Shown: piece by piece, positions 16,293-25,441 of the stretch
How positions within the stretch are numbered: the stretch's first letter is position 1
Layout: the number at the start of each line of letters is the position of its first letter
NCBI GenBank assembly: GCA_003152075.1
Contig: PLZG01000022.1
Coordinates: forward strand, 40,151 to 76,808
From: a candidate division FCPU426 bacterium
GTDB lineage: Bacteria; Oederibacteriota; Muellerivitia; Muellerivitales; Muellerivitaceae
Direction of reading: 5' to 3'
Length of the DNA stretch: 36,658 nucleotides
The notes under the pieces: generated by a model
What the model was told of the DNA's origin: nothing
Seen by the model: the letters and a program-made list of their open reading frames with translations, nothing else
The model's database searches: none
Translations under genes and position numbers: made by a program

Positions 16293-17543
16293 TTAGTGAG
16301 GAATCGTACCCACATTGGGGTCAGTGGTGGGTTGGGCGACCTCAACCGGAACAATTTGGGTTGCCGGGGTCGGGGTGGGAAGTATTTGGGGCGGGGCCGG
16401 GGAGGCCGCGGAAGATTTATTTTTACCGCTCTTAGGAGAAAGAGCAACGGGAGTATCCTGCACCGGAGCCGCCGAGGTGTCCTGGCCTGGAATTTTCGGG
16501 ATTGCTTGCGGGCCATTGGGGTTGCTGCTGGCCGCGGCCTCATTTTGGGCAAGCTTTTTTTCCATGGCCAGCTTCTCGGCTTCTTTCTTGGTCATCATCG
16601 GCTTGCGAATTTCAATAACGTGAGCTCTGGCTTCCTCGTCCTTGGGATAGACTTCCATGTATTTTTGCCAGTGATAGAGCGCCAAACCCATCTGGTCATC
16701 ACGCTCATAGATCAAGGCGACTTCCTTATGAGCCTGGGTTTGCTCGTCATCCGCATCCAAAATCATGAGGTATTCCCGCCTGGCATTGTCCCAGTCGCGG
16801 ATATTTTTATAGTGCTCAGCCAGGCGATAATGAGCGGGGATGTTGTTTGAGTCCAGGTCCGCAGCGGCCCTATATTGCTCAACCGCCTTTTTCTCATCAC
16901 CCTTATCCAGGTAAGTGTCTCCCAGTTTTGCCCGCGCCGTCGTGTCGACCGGATTGGCCAGGATAGATTGGCGGTAATAGGCAAGGGCCTCGTCGGTTTT
17001 CGACATGGCCCTATAGGCATCTCCCAGCCTCTCGTACACCTCAGCGTTGTCTGGAAAAGCCCTCACCGCGAGTTTGAGCTCGGGAATAGCGTTGTTATAT
17101 TGCTTCATCTCGAAGTAAGTCATGCCCAGGTTGTAGTGAGCCGAGCCGAAATTGGGATCCACCCTCAGGACCCTTTTCGCGTAAAGAATGGCCTGGGAGT
17201 AAATCTTCTTTTGGAGGTAAACATAGGACACGTTAGAAAGGGCCTGGGGATATTTGGGAAGGATTTGGAGAGCCTTTTGAAATTGTTCCAGCGCCTCATC
17301 CAACATGTTCTTCTTCGCGTAAAGCATCCCTAGGTTGTTGTGGGCTTCGGCGTTGTAGGGATCCCTCTCGACGGCTTCCTGGAAATACTGGATGGCGGTT
17401 TCCTTGCGGCCTTCTTTGATGTAAACATTGCCTTTATCCAGGTAAAACTGCCCGTTCGGCTGATCCGCCCGAAGGCTCGCCGTTAGGAAGGAAAAAAGAA
17501 CGGTGAATAGGTTTAGGGAAATAATTCTTGAAGAATGGGACAT
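16293..17543 (-). CDS. Exported tetratricopeptide-repeat protein with Pro-rich C-tail
   Basis: Signal-like N-terminus; about 8-9 TPRs (AEAHNNLG, SAHYNLG, AEVYERLG). Start likely ATG 17543 (track: 17567). Confidence 0.88.
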   Translation of the reverse strand: MSHSSRIISLNLFTVLFSFLTASLRADQPNGQFYLDKGNVYIKEGRKETAIQYFQEAVERDPYNAEAHNNLGMLYAKKNMLDEALEQFQKALQILPKYPQALSNVSYVYLQKKIYSQAILYAKRVLRVDPNFGSAHYNLGMTYFEMKQYNNAIPELKLAVRAFPDNAEVYERLGDAYRAMSKTDEALAYYRQSILANPVDTTARAKLGDTYLDKGDEKKAVEQYRAAADLDSNNIPAHYRLAEHYKNIRDWDNARREYLMILDADDEQTQAHKEVALIYERDDQMGLALYHWQKYMEVYPKDEEARAHVIEIRKPMMTKKEAEKLAMEKKLAQNEAAASSNPNGPQAIPKIPGQDTSAAPVQDTPVALSPKSGKNKSSAASPAPPQILPTPTPATQIVPVEVAQPTTDPNVGTIPH

Positions 17544-17594
17544 CCCGGCTCCTTGAGGGCGGTTCACAGGCGGTCAAGACCCAACAGCCAAACG

Positions 17595-17623
17595 ATTTTA
17601 CGGGAGGGGGTAAGACCCGTCAA
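17595..17623 (-). promoter_or_regulatory. Sigma70-type promoter of the TPR gene
   Basis: TTGACG (17618-17623), 17 nt, TAAAAT (17595-17600). Confidence 0.7.
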
Positions 17624-17634
17624 CGGTCAAAAGC

Positions 17635-17781
17635 AGTCCACAGTTCACAGTCGACAGCTGACAGTCAGGCCAAAAAATACGGAAAAAGCTTTAAACACTT
17701 CGATAAACCAAAGGCAGTGTCGTCAACTTTGGCTTCACGAATTAAGCCGGACTGTCGACCGTCGACTGCCAACTGTTAACG
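17635..17781. repeat. Inverted heptamer arrays (AGTCGAC family)
   Basis: agtccac agttcac agtcgac agctgac agtcagg (17635-17669) facing ccggact gtcgacc gtcgact gccaact gttaacg (17747-17781). Confidence 0.75.
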
Positions 17782-19170
17782 GTCTTTAGCCAGCTGATTC
17801 TTGGCGGCATTTAAGAGAGCCTGAACTTCCTTGTGGGAAGGCGCTTCCGCGTAGAGCCTTAAGAGGGGTTCGGTTCCTGAAGCCCGGACCAAGAGCCAGC
17901 CCTTTTCCAATTTGAGTTTCACGCCGTCCATGGTGTTAATGCCGGTCACCTGGTGCCCGGCCACGTGGGTAGGAGGGGATTTTTTCAACCGTCCTAAAAT
18001 CCGCGCCTGGCGCTCAAAGGAAATGTTCTCCAGGTCGATTCGGCCGGAATTAAAGGGACCAAATTCCTTTTGCAGGAAATCAATGGCTTGGCTTACGGAT
18101 TTTTTCATCGTGACCAGAGCCTCCAAAAGAAGCAATCCGGACAAAAGCCCGTCTCGCTCCGCCAAGTGTCCCTTCACCGCGATTCCACCACTTTCTTCCA
18201 GGCCCAAGAGGATATCCTCCCTCAGCATGACCTCACCAATGTACTTGAAGCCTATGGGGGTTTCATAGACGGGTATCCTCCACCGTTTTGCCATACGCTC
18301 AATCATGAGGGTACCCGAAACCGTCTTAACGATCCCGCCTCTTAAACCCTTGTTGACCCAGAGGTGATACAAAAGGAAGGCGTGAAGTTTGTGAACATCG
18401 ACGAAGTTCCCTTTCTCATCCATCATGCCGATGCGGTCCCCATCGCCATCAGTGGCGAAACCCACGTCGGCTTTGGAAGCCTTGATGGCTTTGGAAAGGG
18501 GGCTCAGGTTCCCGCCTACGGGCTCCGGCTGGCGGCCCCCAAAAAACACGTCTCTTTCACCGGCTACCGTTTGGGCCTTGGTGCGGCCTCCTGAGATGAG
18601 ATGTTCAAAATGCCTTTCATCCACACCATGCATGGAATCCACGACTACTTTGAGTCCAGCCTTGCGGATAAAAGACAGGTTGACCTTTTTTTTCATGGTG
18701 TTCAGGTAAAAAGGAAGCCAATCGGTTTTTGGGAGCTTGGCCTTTTTGGCGGATTCAACGGGTTTGGAAGGAATAGCCTTCTCAACTTGCTGGGTGAATG
18801 AGGAGGGGGCGGAAACACCAGGGGGAAGCTTGATCTTGAAGCCGTTGTAGGCACCCGAATTATGGCTGGCGGTGATCATGACGCCCGCGTCGGCTTTCTT
18901 TTCCTTGATGGCTAGGGAAAGGGCCGGTGTGGGTAGCAAGCGGGAGGCCAGCGTAACCTGGTGTCCGAGTGAGGCCAACACCTCGGCTGCGGCCAAAGCG
19001 AACTTGTCGGAGAAAAAACGGGTGTCATATCCCACGAACACCCGGCTGGATTTCTTCTTGCGGCGAAGAATCATTCCCAGGCCATAAGCGGCCCGGCGAA
19101 CATTGGGAAAGGTGTAGGTCTCAGCGACCTTCGCCCGCCAGCCGTCTGTACCAAACTTAATTACGTCCAT
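17776..19170 (-). CDS. Phosphoglucomutase/phosphomannomutase family protein
   Basis: IKFGTDGWR, ITASHN phosphoserine loop, DGDGDR metal loop, EESGG, RASGTEP. Confidence 0.95.
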   Translation of the reverse strand: MDVIKFGTDGWRAKVAETYTFPNVRRAAYGLGMILRRKKKSSRVFVGYDTRFFSDKFALAAAEVLASLGHQVTLASRLLPTPALSLAIKEKKADAGVMITASHNSGAYNGFKIKLPPGVSAPSSFTQQVEKAIPSKPVESAKKAKLPKTDWLPFYLNTMKKKVNLSFIRKAGLKVVVDSMHGVDERHFEHLISGGRTKAQTVAGERDVFFGGRQPEPVGGNLSPLSKAIKASKADVGFATDGDGDRIGMMDEKGNFVDVHKLHAFLLYHLWVNKGLRGGIVKTVSGTLMIERMAKRWRIPVYETPIGFKYIGEVMLREDILLGLEESGGIAVKGHLAERDGLLSGLLLLEALVTMKKSVSQAIDFLQKEFGPFNSGRIDLENISFERQARILGRLKKSPPTHVAGHQVTGINTMDGVKLKLEKGWLLVRASGTEPLLRLYAEAPSHKEVQALLNAAKNQLAKDR

Positions 19171-19222
19171 GACTCGTCTTCTTTCCCAACAACCCGGAAG
19201 CAGAGTCCACGCCGCCAGGGGT

Positions 19223-19257
19223 TTGGAATTATGAATTTTTAATTCTTAATTTTGAAT
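19223..19257. repeat. Heptamer tandem array (reverse complement of the TCAAAAT family)
   Basis: ttggaat tatgaat ttttaat tcttaat tttgaat. Confidence 0.7.
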
Positions 19258-19306
19258 GATTGAAATTTCCGCTTCCCGGAAATAACAAAAATTTAAATCT
19301 GCCTTT

Positions 19307-20938
19307 CTAGTAAAGGATAATTCCCGAAACCGACCTAGCCTGGATAGGCAACTGCAAGGGTTTGTCCGTCTTGAATGTTCCACGGTAAGGCTTAATGGGA
19401 TCAATCGGGAAAGGCCCGCCGCCCCCTAAGGGGCCAACTGTTCCATTCCAAGAAACTTGTTTTTCATTCAGGCTTTTACCCGTCAAAACCCAACCCATAA
19501 GTTTGCCCTTGGGGGTAAAGCCAGCCAGGTCGAAAGTGACCGTTTGGTTCTTATCGTTCTCGTTTACGATGATCAAGCCAACCTCTCCGCCTGAAAAGCG
19601 GCTGGCGTAAACTTTGACCGCAAGATCAGAACTTTCAGCCGCAACCATCTTGTCCCCAAAGGCCCGGGAATAGAGGGCATAGGCGTAATAGGAAGGGCGG
19701 GGTGTCGCGTCAGGTGTGGAATTGTCCCCCGAAGCCAACATCGCCATGTCTCCGTGCAGCTTGGCGTCCAAGCCATTCTTCCAATCCCAATAATTGGAGG
19801 CCACATAACCGGCCTTAATATGCTCACCCAACACCTCGGCGGTAAAGAGACCGTTCAAAAGTTGGATCTCAGGCTCCGGGGAAGCGTTGACCAAGTTGAA
19901 CTCGGTCAAGGCCACGGGAATCCCCTTTTCCGCGGGGGCATATTTGTCGACCATAACTCCGGCAGATTTGTAACCATCGGCGATCTTGTGCAGGTTTCCC
20001 AAGAAAGTTTCGTTGGTGGGATTCAAGTAGGTGTCGCCGTTGAATGGCCACATGAAATATTGATGCAGGATCAAGTAGTCGGCCTTTCCCTTCAACTCAG
20101 GAAGCAAACCTCTCATCCACCAGAAAAAACCCGTCCATTCGCCACCGTCGTCCGTATCATGGCCAACCGCACCGATATAAATATCGGGATCGACTTTCTT
20201 CATGGCGTCAGCGATGATCCGAAGGTCTTTGCCGTAGACATCGCCCGTCAATTGGGCCTTGCCTGCCATCTTGTTTCCTTCTTCCCAGTTTCCATAAACC
20301 TCATTACCGATTTCCCAATAGCGGACCTTGAATTTCTTTTCGATATTGCAATATTTAACCCAACGGGCCGCCATATCCGCCGCGTACTTGACGTCCATAT
20401 ACCTTGCCGCACCGTAATTCACAGTAAAAATAGCCTCCGAATTTGTCTGACGACAAAACTCGATGAAATCATCCGTCAAAACCATTCCAGACTTAGTCAT
20501 TCGAGTCGCGTCACCCCCATCATGTTCCTTTGTATGGGTGCCATATTTATCATCCCAATGATAGTTGTCGGAGGAACTTCCGCCGGGCCAGCGCCAGAAC
20601 TTGATGCCAGACTGTTTGGCTTTTTCGATGCGGTCTGGATCCATGAACCAGTCCTTGCCACTCCACCAGGAGGCATTATTGCCGAACTGGTAAGGGGTAA
20701 CATTGTGAAGAACTTTGGAAGCGTCAATCTTTAAGGTAACTTTGGAACCATACTTGAATTTCCAGAGCTTGCCATCGGTTTGGAATTCCGGGGCCGCCTT
20801 AGTAAAGGTGGTCGGTTCCGCGTCATTGGTGGCGGGGTAAAGTTCGAAGGCCTTGGGCCGGGCCGCTTGGGGGCTGTCTGCCGCCTGGACGGAGGGGGTC
20901 AACAAGAGTAAACCGATTAAAAAAAGCAGAAACGGCAT
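19307..20938 (-). CDS. Secreted clan GH-A glycoside hydrolase (GH51/GH44/GH79-like)
   Basis: Signal peptide (VQA); RWPGGSSSDNYHW, YWEIGNE, ALTEFN; C-terminal beta-sandwich. Confidence 0.8.
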   Translation of the reverse strand: MPFLLFLIGLLLLTPSVQAADSPQAARPKAFELYPATNDAEPTTFTKAAPEFQTDGKLWKFKYGSKVTLKIDASKVLHNVTPYQFGNNASWWSGKDWFMDPDRIEKAKQSGIKFWRWPGGSSSDNYHWDDKYGTHTKEHDGGDATRMTKSGMVLTDDFIEFCRQTNSEAIFTVNYGAARYMDVKYAADMAARWVKYCNIEKKFKVRYWEIGNEVYGNWEEGNKMAGKAQLTGDVYGKDLRIIADAMKKVDPDIYIGAVGHDTDDGGEWTGFFWWMRGLLPELKGKADYLILHQYFMWPFNGDTYLNPTNETFLGNLHKIADGYKSAGVMVDKYAPAEKGIPVALTEFNLVNASPEPEIQLLNGLFTAEVLGEHIKAGYVASNYWDWKNGLDAKLHGDMAMLASGDNSTPDATPRPSYYAYALYSRAFGDKMVAAESSDLAVKVYASRFSGGEVGLIIVNENDKNQTVTFDLAGFTPKGKLMGWVLTGKSLNEKQVSWNGTVGPLGGGGPFPIDPIKPYRGTFKTDKPLQLPIQARSVSGIILY

Positions 20939-20979
20939 GGGATTCCTTTCAAATGAAGTGGCGAGATTCTACCATCCCA

Positions 20980-21294
20980 TCAATACAATTTCACCCAAAC
21001 AACTCCAGCCTCGATGAGCGTTGGAAAGGTATTCAACTTCAAGTCCGGCTCGTTCAAACACTCGCCCGTTTTAATGTTGGATTTGTAGCCATGCGCCTTG
21101 CAAATGATCAGGTCGCCAGTACAGTTACGGGGGTCCAACCTGACTTCGGCGTGGGGGCAATAAACGCCCGTGGCGTAAACCTGTTCCCCCCTGCGGTGAA
21201 GCATGAGGGCCATATTCTCAACTTCGGTTTCGACGCTTTTGTTGTCCGGGATATCTTGAAGGAAAAGGGATTTTTTATACCCGAGAATATCCAA
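20980..21294 (-). CDS. Rieske [2Fe-2S] ferredoxin
   Basis: CPH...CKAHG ligand motifs and TGEC...P; start codon uncertain. Confidence 0.8.
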   Translation of the reverse strand: MDILGYKKSLFLQDIPDNKSVETEVENMALMLHRRGEQVYATGVYCPHAEVRLDPRNCTGDLIICKAHGYKSNIKTGECLNEPDLKLNTFPTLIEAGVVWVKLY

Positions 21295-21307
21295 GAGGAG
21301 GGGTCAG

Positions 21308-22348
21308 TTAAACACGGGCGTGGTCACCCAATACGCTTCCAGCGCCCACGCGGGAATGGCTTGAAATCCGACAACCACGGCCCAGGATGACCTCGTCTAG
21401 GTTGACATGGTCTCCAACAAGCACGTCATCCCAAAGAACGCTTTTGGAAACCATGCTTTTCTTGCCGACAACGCAGTTCTTGCCCAGCACAGCGTAAGGA
21501 AGAATACGGGCGTCATCATGTATGACACAACCATCCCCGATAATCACCGGGCCTTTCAACAAGACCCCTTTTCCAAGCTTTACATTCTTACCCATGAAAA
21601 TTTTATTCTGTCGACGGTTCAATTTGGCGTAAACCGGGAAGGCCCCGTTCAACACGTCCCAATGACTAGTTAAGTATTTGCGGGGGGTGCCGATATCCTG
21701 CCAATAGCCTTCCCAAACGAACCCACCGAAGGGGTGGTTGTCCTTCAAGAGATGGGGGAAAAGGGCCCGTTCGGCTGAGTAATTCACGCCAGGAGGAATA
21801 AGGTCGAAGACTTCCGGTTCAAATACGTAAACACCAGCGTTGATGGTATCAGCCACCACCTCTTCCGCCGCGGGCTTCTCGAGGAATTTCGTGATTCCTC
21901 CCTTAGGGTCCATTAATACCAAACCGTAAGCCGTTGGGTCCTCAACCCTGACTAAGCCAAGAGTGGCCCAGTGCTTCTTTTTCTTATGGAGGGCGATCAT
22001 GGTGGAAAGCGGGATATCGGTCAAAATGTCCCCATTAAAAATGACAACCGGGGATCGCTTCACAAATTTTTCGGTATTTTTAATGGCTCCGGCGGTTCCC
22101 AAGGGATGATTCTCTAAGGCGTAATGGATCTTCACACCCAAATGGCTTCCGCTTCTAAATACTTTTTTGATATCCTGCGGCCGGTAACCGATGGAAAAGA
22201 CGATTTCGCGGATGCCGACCTTCCGAAGGGCTTCCACTTGGTAGGTTAGGAAGGGAACGCCGCACAAAGGCACAATGTTTTTTGGAATGTGGTTGGTTAG
22301 GGGCCTCATGCGGGTTCCCTGACCGCCTACTAAGATGATGGCTTTCAT
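21308..22348 (-). CDS. NDP-sugar pyrophosphorylase (mannose-1-phosphate guanylyltransferase-like) with left-handed beta-helix
   Basis: ILVGGQGTRMRPLT..PK, PLGTAGA, NGDIL, FLEKP, INAGVY, WQDIGTP, hexapeptide repeats. Confidence 0.92.
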   Translation of the reverse strand: MKAIILVGGQGTRMRPLTNHIPKNIVPLCGVPFLTYQVEALRKVGIREIVFSIGYRPQDIKKVFRSGSHLGVKIHYALENHPLGTAGAIKNTEKFVKRSPVVIFNGDILTDIPLSTMIALHKKKKHWATLGLVRVEDPTAYGLVLMDPKGGITKFLEKPAAEEVVADTINAGVYVFEPEVFDLIPPGVNYSAERALFPHLLKDNHPFGGFVWEGYWQDIGTPRKYLTSHWDVLNGAFPVYAKLNRRQNKIFMGKNVKLGKGVLLKGPVIIGDGCVIHDDARILPYAVLGKNCVVGKKSMVSKSVLWDDVLVGDHVNLDEVILGRGCRISSHSRVGAGSVLGDHARV

Positions 22349-22374
22349 TAAAACCTCTTAAAAATTTTAATCGC

Positions 22375-22505
22375 TGTCATTGCGAGGAGTGGCCGCCGAA
22401 TAGGCGGCCGATCACGACGAAGCAACCCCAGTTTAAATATGCTTTTGGCAAGACCACACATGAACTGAGGTTGCTTCGTCGCCAACTTCGCTCCTCGCAA
22501 TGACA
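22375..22505. repeat. 131-bp nested palindromic element (GTCATTGCGAG...CTCGCAATGAC type)
   Basis: Perfect 15-bp terminal IR tgtcattgcgaggag/ctcctcgcaatgaca; inner IR cgacgaagcaaccccagtt/aactgaggttgcttcgtcg (18/19); small hairpin ggccgcc-gaata-ggcggcc. Confidence 0.85.
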
Positions 22506-22519
22506 ACTAAACAACTACC

Positions 22520-23437
22520 CTATAACTTCTTGTAGCATTCAACAGTTTCTTCAAGTCCAGCTTTGAGGTCGAACTTCGGTTCCCATTTTAAGAGTTTTTT
22601 TGCTTTGGAGTTGTCCAAAACACTCTTCTTTAAATCCCCCAACCGGGCAACCCCATGTTTAGGCGCCTTGGAATAGCTGGTTGCCTTGGCCAAGGTCTCA
22701 AAAAGCTGGTTGGTGGTAACGCTGACGCCCGTTCCAATATTAAAGGCCTCGTTTTGGGGGTAATCCAAGGCCAGCATATTGGCCCTGGCCACGTCCTTCA
22801 CATAGACATAGTCCCTAACGTTATAACCATCTCCGTGGATTTGGAAATCACCCCCATGGAGCATGCAGTTGGTGAAAATAGCCACCACTCCCCCTTCACC
22901 GGAAGCATCCTGCCGGGGACCGAAGACATTGGCATAACGAAGGGTCACATATTCCAACCCGAAGTTCTGGGCGAAGACATCCAGGTAATGTTCCACTGAG
23001 TATTTACTGGCTCCATAGACCGAGAAAGGCCGAGCGGGATAGGTTTCAGGGAAGGGACCCTGTTCCGCCTCGCCATACATGGCCCCGCCCGAGGAGGCGA
23101 AGATGAATTTTTTCACGTCCGCCCTGCGGCAAAGATCCAAGAGGAGAACCGAACCCAGTACATTCACCTTCACGTCGAAGTAAGGATCCTCCATCGAAGC
23201 CTTAACCTTGATCTGCGCCGCGTGGTGGTTGACCACCTCAATACCCTCACCCTTCATTACATCTTGGAGTTTATCGTCCAGGATGTTCATGTGATAGAAC
23301 TTGGCTTTGAGGTTAAGGTTTTCTTTTTTGCCCGTGGAAAGGTCATCGACAATCACCACATGGTGCCCCGCCTCAATATAGGCATCCACCACATGGCTAC
23401 CTATGAACCCCGCTCCGCCGGTTACTAGAATTTTCAT
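22520..23437 (-). CDS. NAD-dependent epimerase/dehydratase (UDP-glucose 4-epimerase-like SDR)
   Basis: TGGAGFIGSH, HHAAQ, ASSGGAMYG, YGASK, LRYANVFGPRQ, RDYVYV. Confidence 0.93.
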   Translation of the reverse strand: MKILVTGGAGFIGSHVVDAYIEAGHHVVIVDDLSTGKKENLNLKAKFYHMNILDDKLQDVMKGEGIEVVNHHAAQIKVKASMEDPYFDVKVNVLGSVLLLDLCRRADVKKFIFASSGGAMYGEAEQGPFPETYPARPFSVYGASKYSVEHYLDVFAQNFGLEYVTLRYANVFGPRQDASGEGGVVAIFTNCMLHGGDFQIHGDGYNVRDYVYVKDVARANMLALDYPQNEAFNIGTGVSVTTNQLFETLAKATSYSKAPKHGVARLGDLKKSVLDNSKAKKLLKWEPKFDLKAGLEETVECYKKL

Positions 23438-23464
23438 AAAAATGGCTCCATGTATTAAGCGGCT

Positions 23465-23968
23465 TCATAATTTCAATGTTTGAAGAATCTTCTCAACAAC
23501 CTTTTCCGGCAAATCAGATCCAACCTCAACTTGGTATTCGTTCTCTTGCGCAGGCCTACCTATAAGAACCTTATTTTCATGAATTGAATTTTCATAATCA
23601 CGATTGCCACTATCCCTGGATGGATTCAAGATTCGTCGTTTCAATTCGTTGGAATCATCTAAGAATAAGGTAAGAATCGCACAAGCAGCGTTTGGAAACA
23701 AACCTTTAAATCGCACCATTCGTTCCACTTTTGCGTCTACCACCAGGATATTCTTGTAACCAAACTTTAGATATCGTTCCAATTTGAATATAAGAATTTC
23801 TTCAGATAACCGCTCTTCTTCCGGTGATGCATCCCGCCAATCCTCCTGAAGATGTGCGCTCCGGATCCAATCCAACTCCAAACATGGCGATTTCAGTTTT
23901 CCCTTAAGAATCCGGCTGAGGGTGGTCTTACCAACTCCCGGCGCACCTACAATAAAAATAATATCCAT
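23465..23968 (-). CDS. Small P-loop kinase-fold protein (low GC)
   Basis: N-terminal GAPGVGKTT, LELDWIR, LKRR..R lid-like motif. Confidence 0.75.
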   Translation of the reverse strand: MDIIFIVGAPGVGKTTLSRILKGKLKSPCLELDWIRSAHLQEDWRDASPEEERLSEEILIFKLERYLKFGYKNILVVDAKVERMVRFKGLFPNAACAILTLFLDDSNELKRRILNPSRDSGNRDYENSIHENKVLIGRPAQENEYQVEVGSDLPEKVVEKILQTLKL

Positions 23969-23980
23969 TAATGGCTGCCG

Positions 23981-25369
23981 TTAATATGCATGCTTATGTT
24001 CCAAAATATCTAGAACCGTCCTCAAGATGATCTTTATATCGAACAACAAACTCCAGTTTTCAATGTAGTAAATGTCATACTTCACCCGCTCATGCAGGGA
24101 CGTGTTGCCCCGGAATCCGTTCACCTGGGCCCAGCCGGTAATGCCCGACTTCACCTGGTGACGCTCAAAATATCGAGGAATTTCCTTCTCAAACTTCTCC
24201 ACCAATCCCGGCACTTCGGGGCGTGGCCCCACCAGACTCATGCGGCCCGTTACGACATTCAAAAGTTGGGGTATCTCATCCAAACTTGTCTTACGCAGGA
24301 ATTTGCCAAAACCCGTAACCCGGGGGTCATCCTGAGCGGTGAAAGCCACACTCTCCGTTCCCACCTTCATGGTGCGGAACTTCCGCATGTGAAAAATACG
24401 GCCATCCCGCCCCACCCTTTTCTGGTGGAAAAGAATGGGGCCAGGCGAGGTCAGCTTAATCCCCAAGGCCAGCAGAAACCAAACAGGGCTCAAGAGAATG
24501 ATCCCAACCAGGGCAAAAACAAAATCAAAACCTCTTTTAAGAACTCGGTTGTGCAGGGCGCTTAAGGGGGCCTCCTTCATTTCAAAGATCGGCATGTCGA
24601 GCAGTACATCGCTTTCCAGCGGGCTTGTGATAAGGCCAAAAAGATCCGATACGATTTTGTACTTCACCCTTGTGTCCTGCAGTGAAACCAACATGGATAT
24701 CAGCTGGCCATGGGCGGAAGAGGGCAAGGCGAAAATGACCTCATCGGCCTTGTATTGTTCGTTGAGTTTGGTGAATTGGGCGAGTGTCCCAACGATCTTG
24801 AATCCCTCCACTTCCCCCGAGGATTTCCCTTCCGAAACAATTCCCACGATCCGGTAACCCAACCCCGGATCTTGCTTGATCCTTTGCAGTAAAACCTTAG
24901 CCGTCTCCCCTGTTCCCACCACAAAAATCCGTGTAACCCCCACGCCCCGGCGCCGAAGGATGATTTGAATTCTTCTTAACAAAACCCTCTCCAACCAAAC
25001 GCTGACAACCACAAAAAGCGCCGAAAGGCCGATGACTAGGCGCGAGAAGGTAAAAAATTGAAAGAGGAACGTTGAAGCCGATATGAGAACGGAGGAAATA
25101 AAGACTGCCTGGATCACCTTTGAAAGTTCGTCCACCCCCGAAATACCACGCCTTTTACGGTAAAGCCCTATGTACTTGAACACAAGGAGGTGGACCCCTA
25201 CGAACATTAAGATAAAAGACCTGTAATGGGCGTAAGGGGTAATGGTTTCAACTTTTATCCACCCGGAATAAAACCGGGCCCAGTTCGCCAATAGGAAGGA
25301 ACCGGCCACCAAAAGGCCATCACCGAAAAAACTGGCGACCGAAAAAATGGATGGGATTCTTATCTTCAT
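23981..25369 (-). CDS. wcaJ: Undecaprenyl-phosphate glucose phosphotransferase (WcaJ-type initiating transferase)
   Basis: Four N-terminal TM helices, Rossmann-like domain, [44 protein letters not shown]. Confidence 0.92.
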   Translation of the reverse strand: MKIRIPSIFSVASFFGDGLLVAGSFLLANWARFYSGWIKVETITPYAHYRSFILMFVGVHLLVFKYIGLYRKRRGISGVDELSKVIQAVFISSVLISASTFLFQFFTFSRLVIGLSALFVVVSVWLERVLLRRIQIILRRRGVGVTRIFVVGTGETAKVLLQRIKQDPGLGYRIVGIVSEGKSSGEVEGFKIVGTLAQFTKLNEQYKADEVIFALPSSAHGQLISMLVSLQDTRVKYKIVSDLFGLITSPLESDVLLDMPIFEMKEAPLSALHNRVLKRGFDFVFALVGIILLSPVWFLLALGIKLTSPGPILFHQKRVGRDGRIFHMRKFRTMKVGTESVAFTAQDDPRVTGFGKFLRKTSLDEIPQLLNVVTGRMSLVGPRPEVPGLVEKFEKEIPRYFERHQVKSGITGWAQVNGFRGNTSLHERVKYDIYYIENWSLLFDIKIILRTVLDILEHKHAY

Positions 25370-25402
25370 TGGGTTCCGTTCTTCTGATTAAGGAGTCGTT
25401 AT

Positions 25403-25431
25403 AGTTTAACCATTGGGCACTGGTGGGGCAA
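25403..25431 (-). promoter_or_regulatory. Sigma70-type promoter of the wcaJ operon
   Basis: TTGCCC (25426-25431), 17 nt, TAAACT (25403-25408). Confidence 0.5.
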
Positions 25432-25441
25432 AGGGGAATGG

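Noticed and set aside
17635-17781. CRISPR array or coding repeat
   Set aside because: Units are 7 nt, degenerate and tandem, with no repeat-spacer periodicity and no cas genes; overlapping short ORFs are repeat read-through.
19754-20734. 326-aa plus-strand ORF
   Set aside because: Antisense to the glycoside hydrolase with no recognisable domain; long shadow ORFs occur throughout this window.
23438-23980. Shared AGCCATT just upstream of both the kinase and epimerase start codons as a target-site duplication
   Set aside because: Only 7 nt; could be chance or a shared initiation context.
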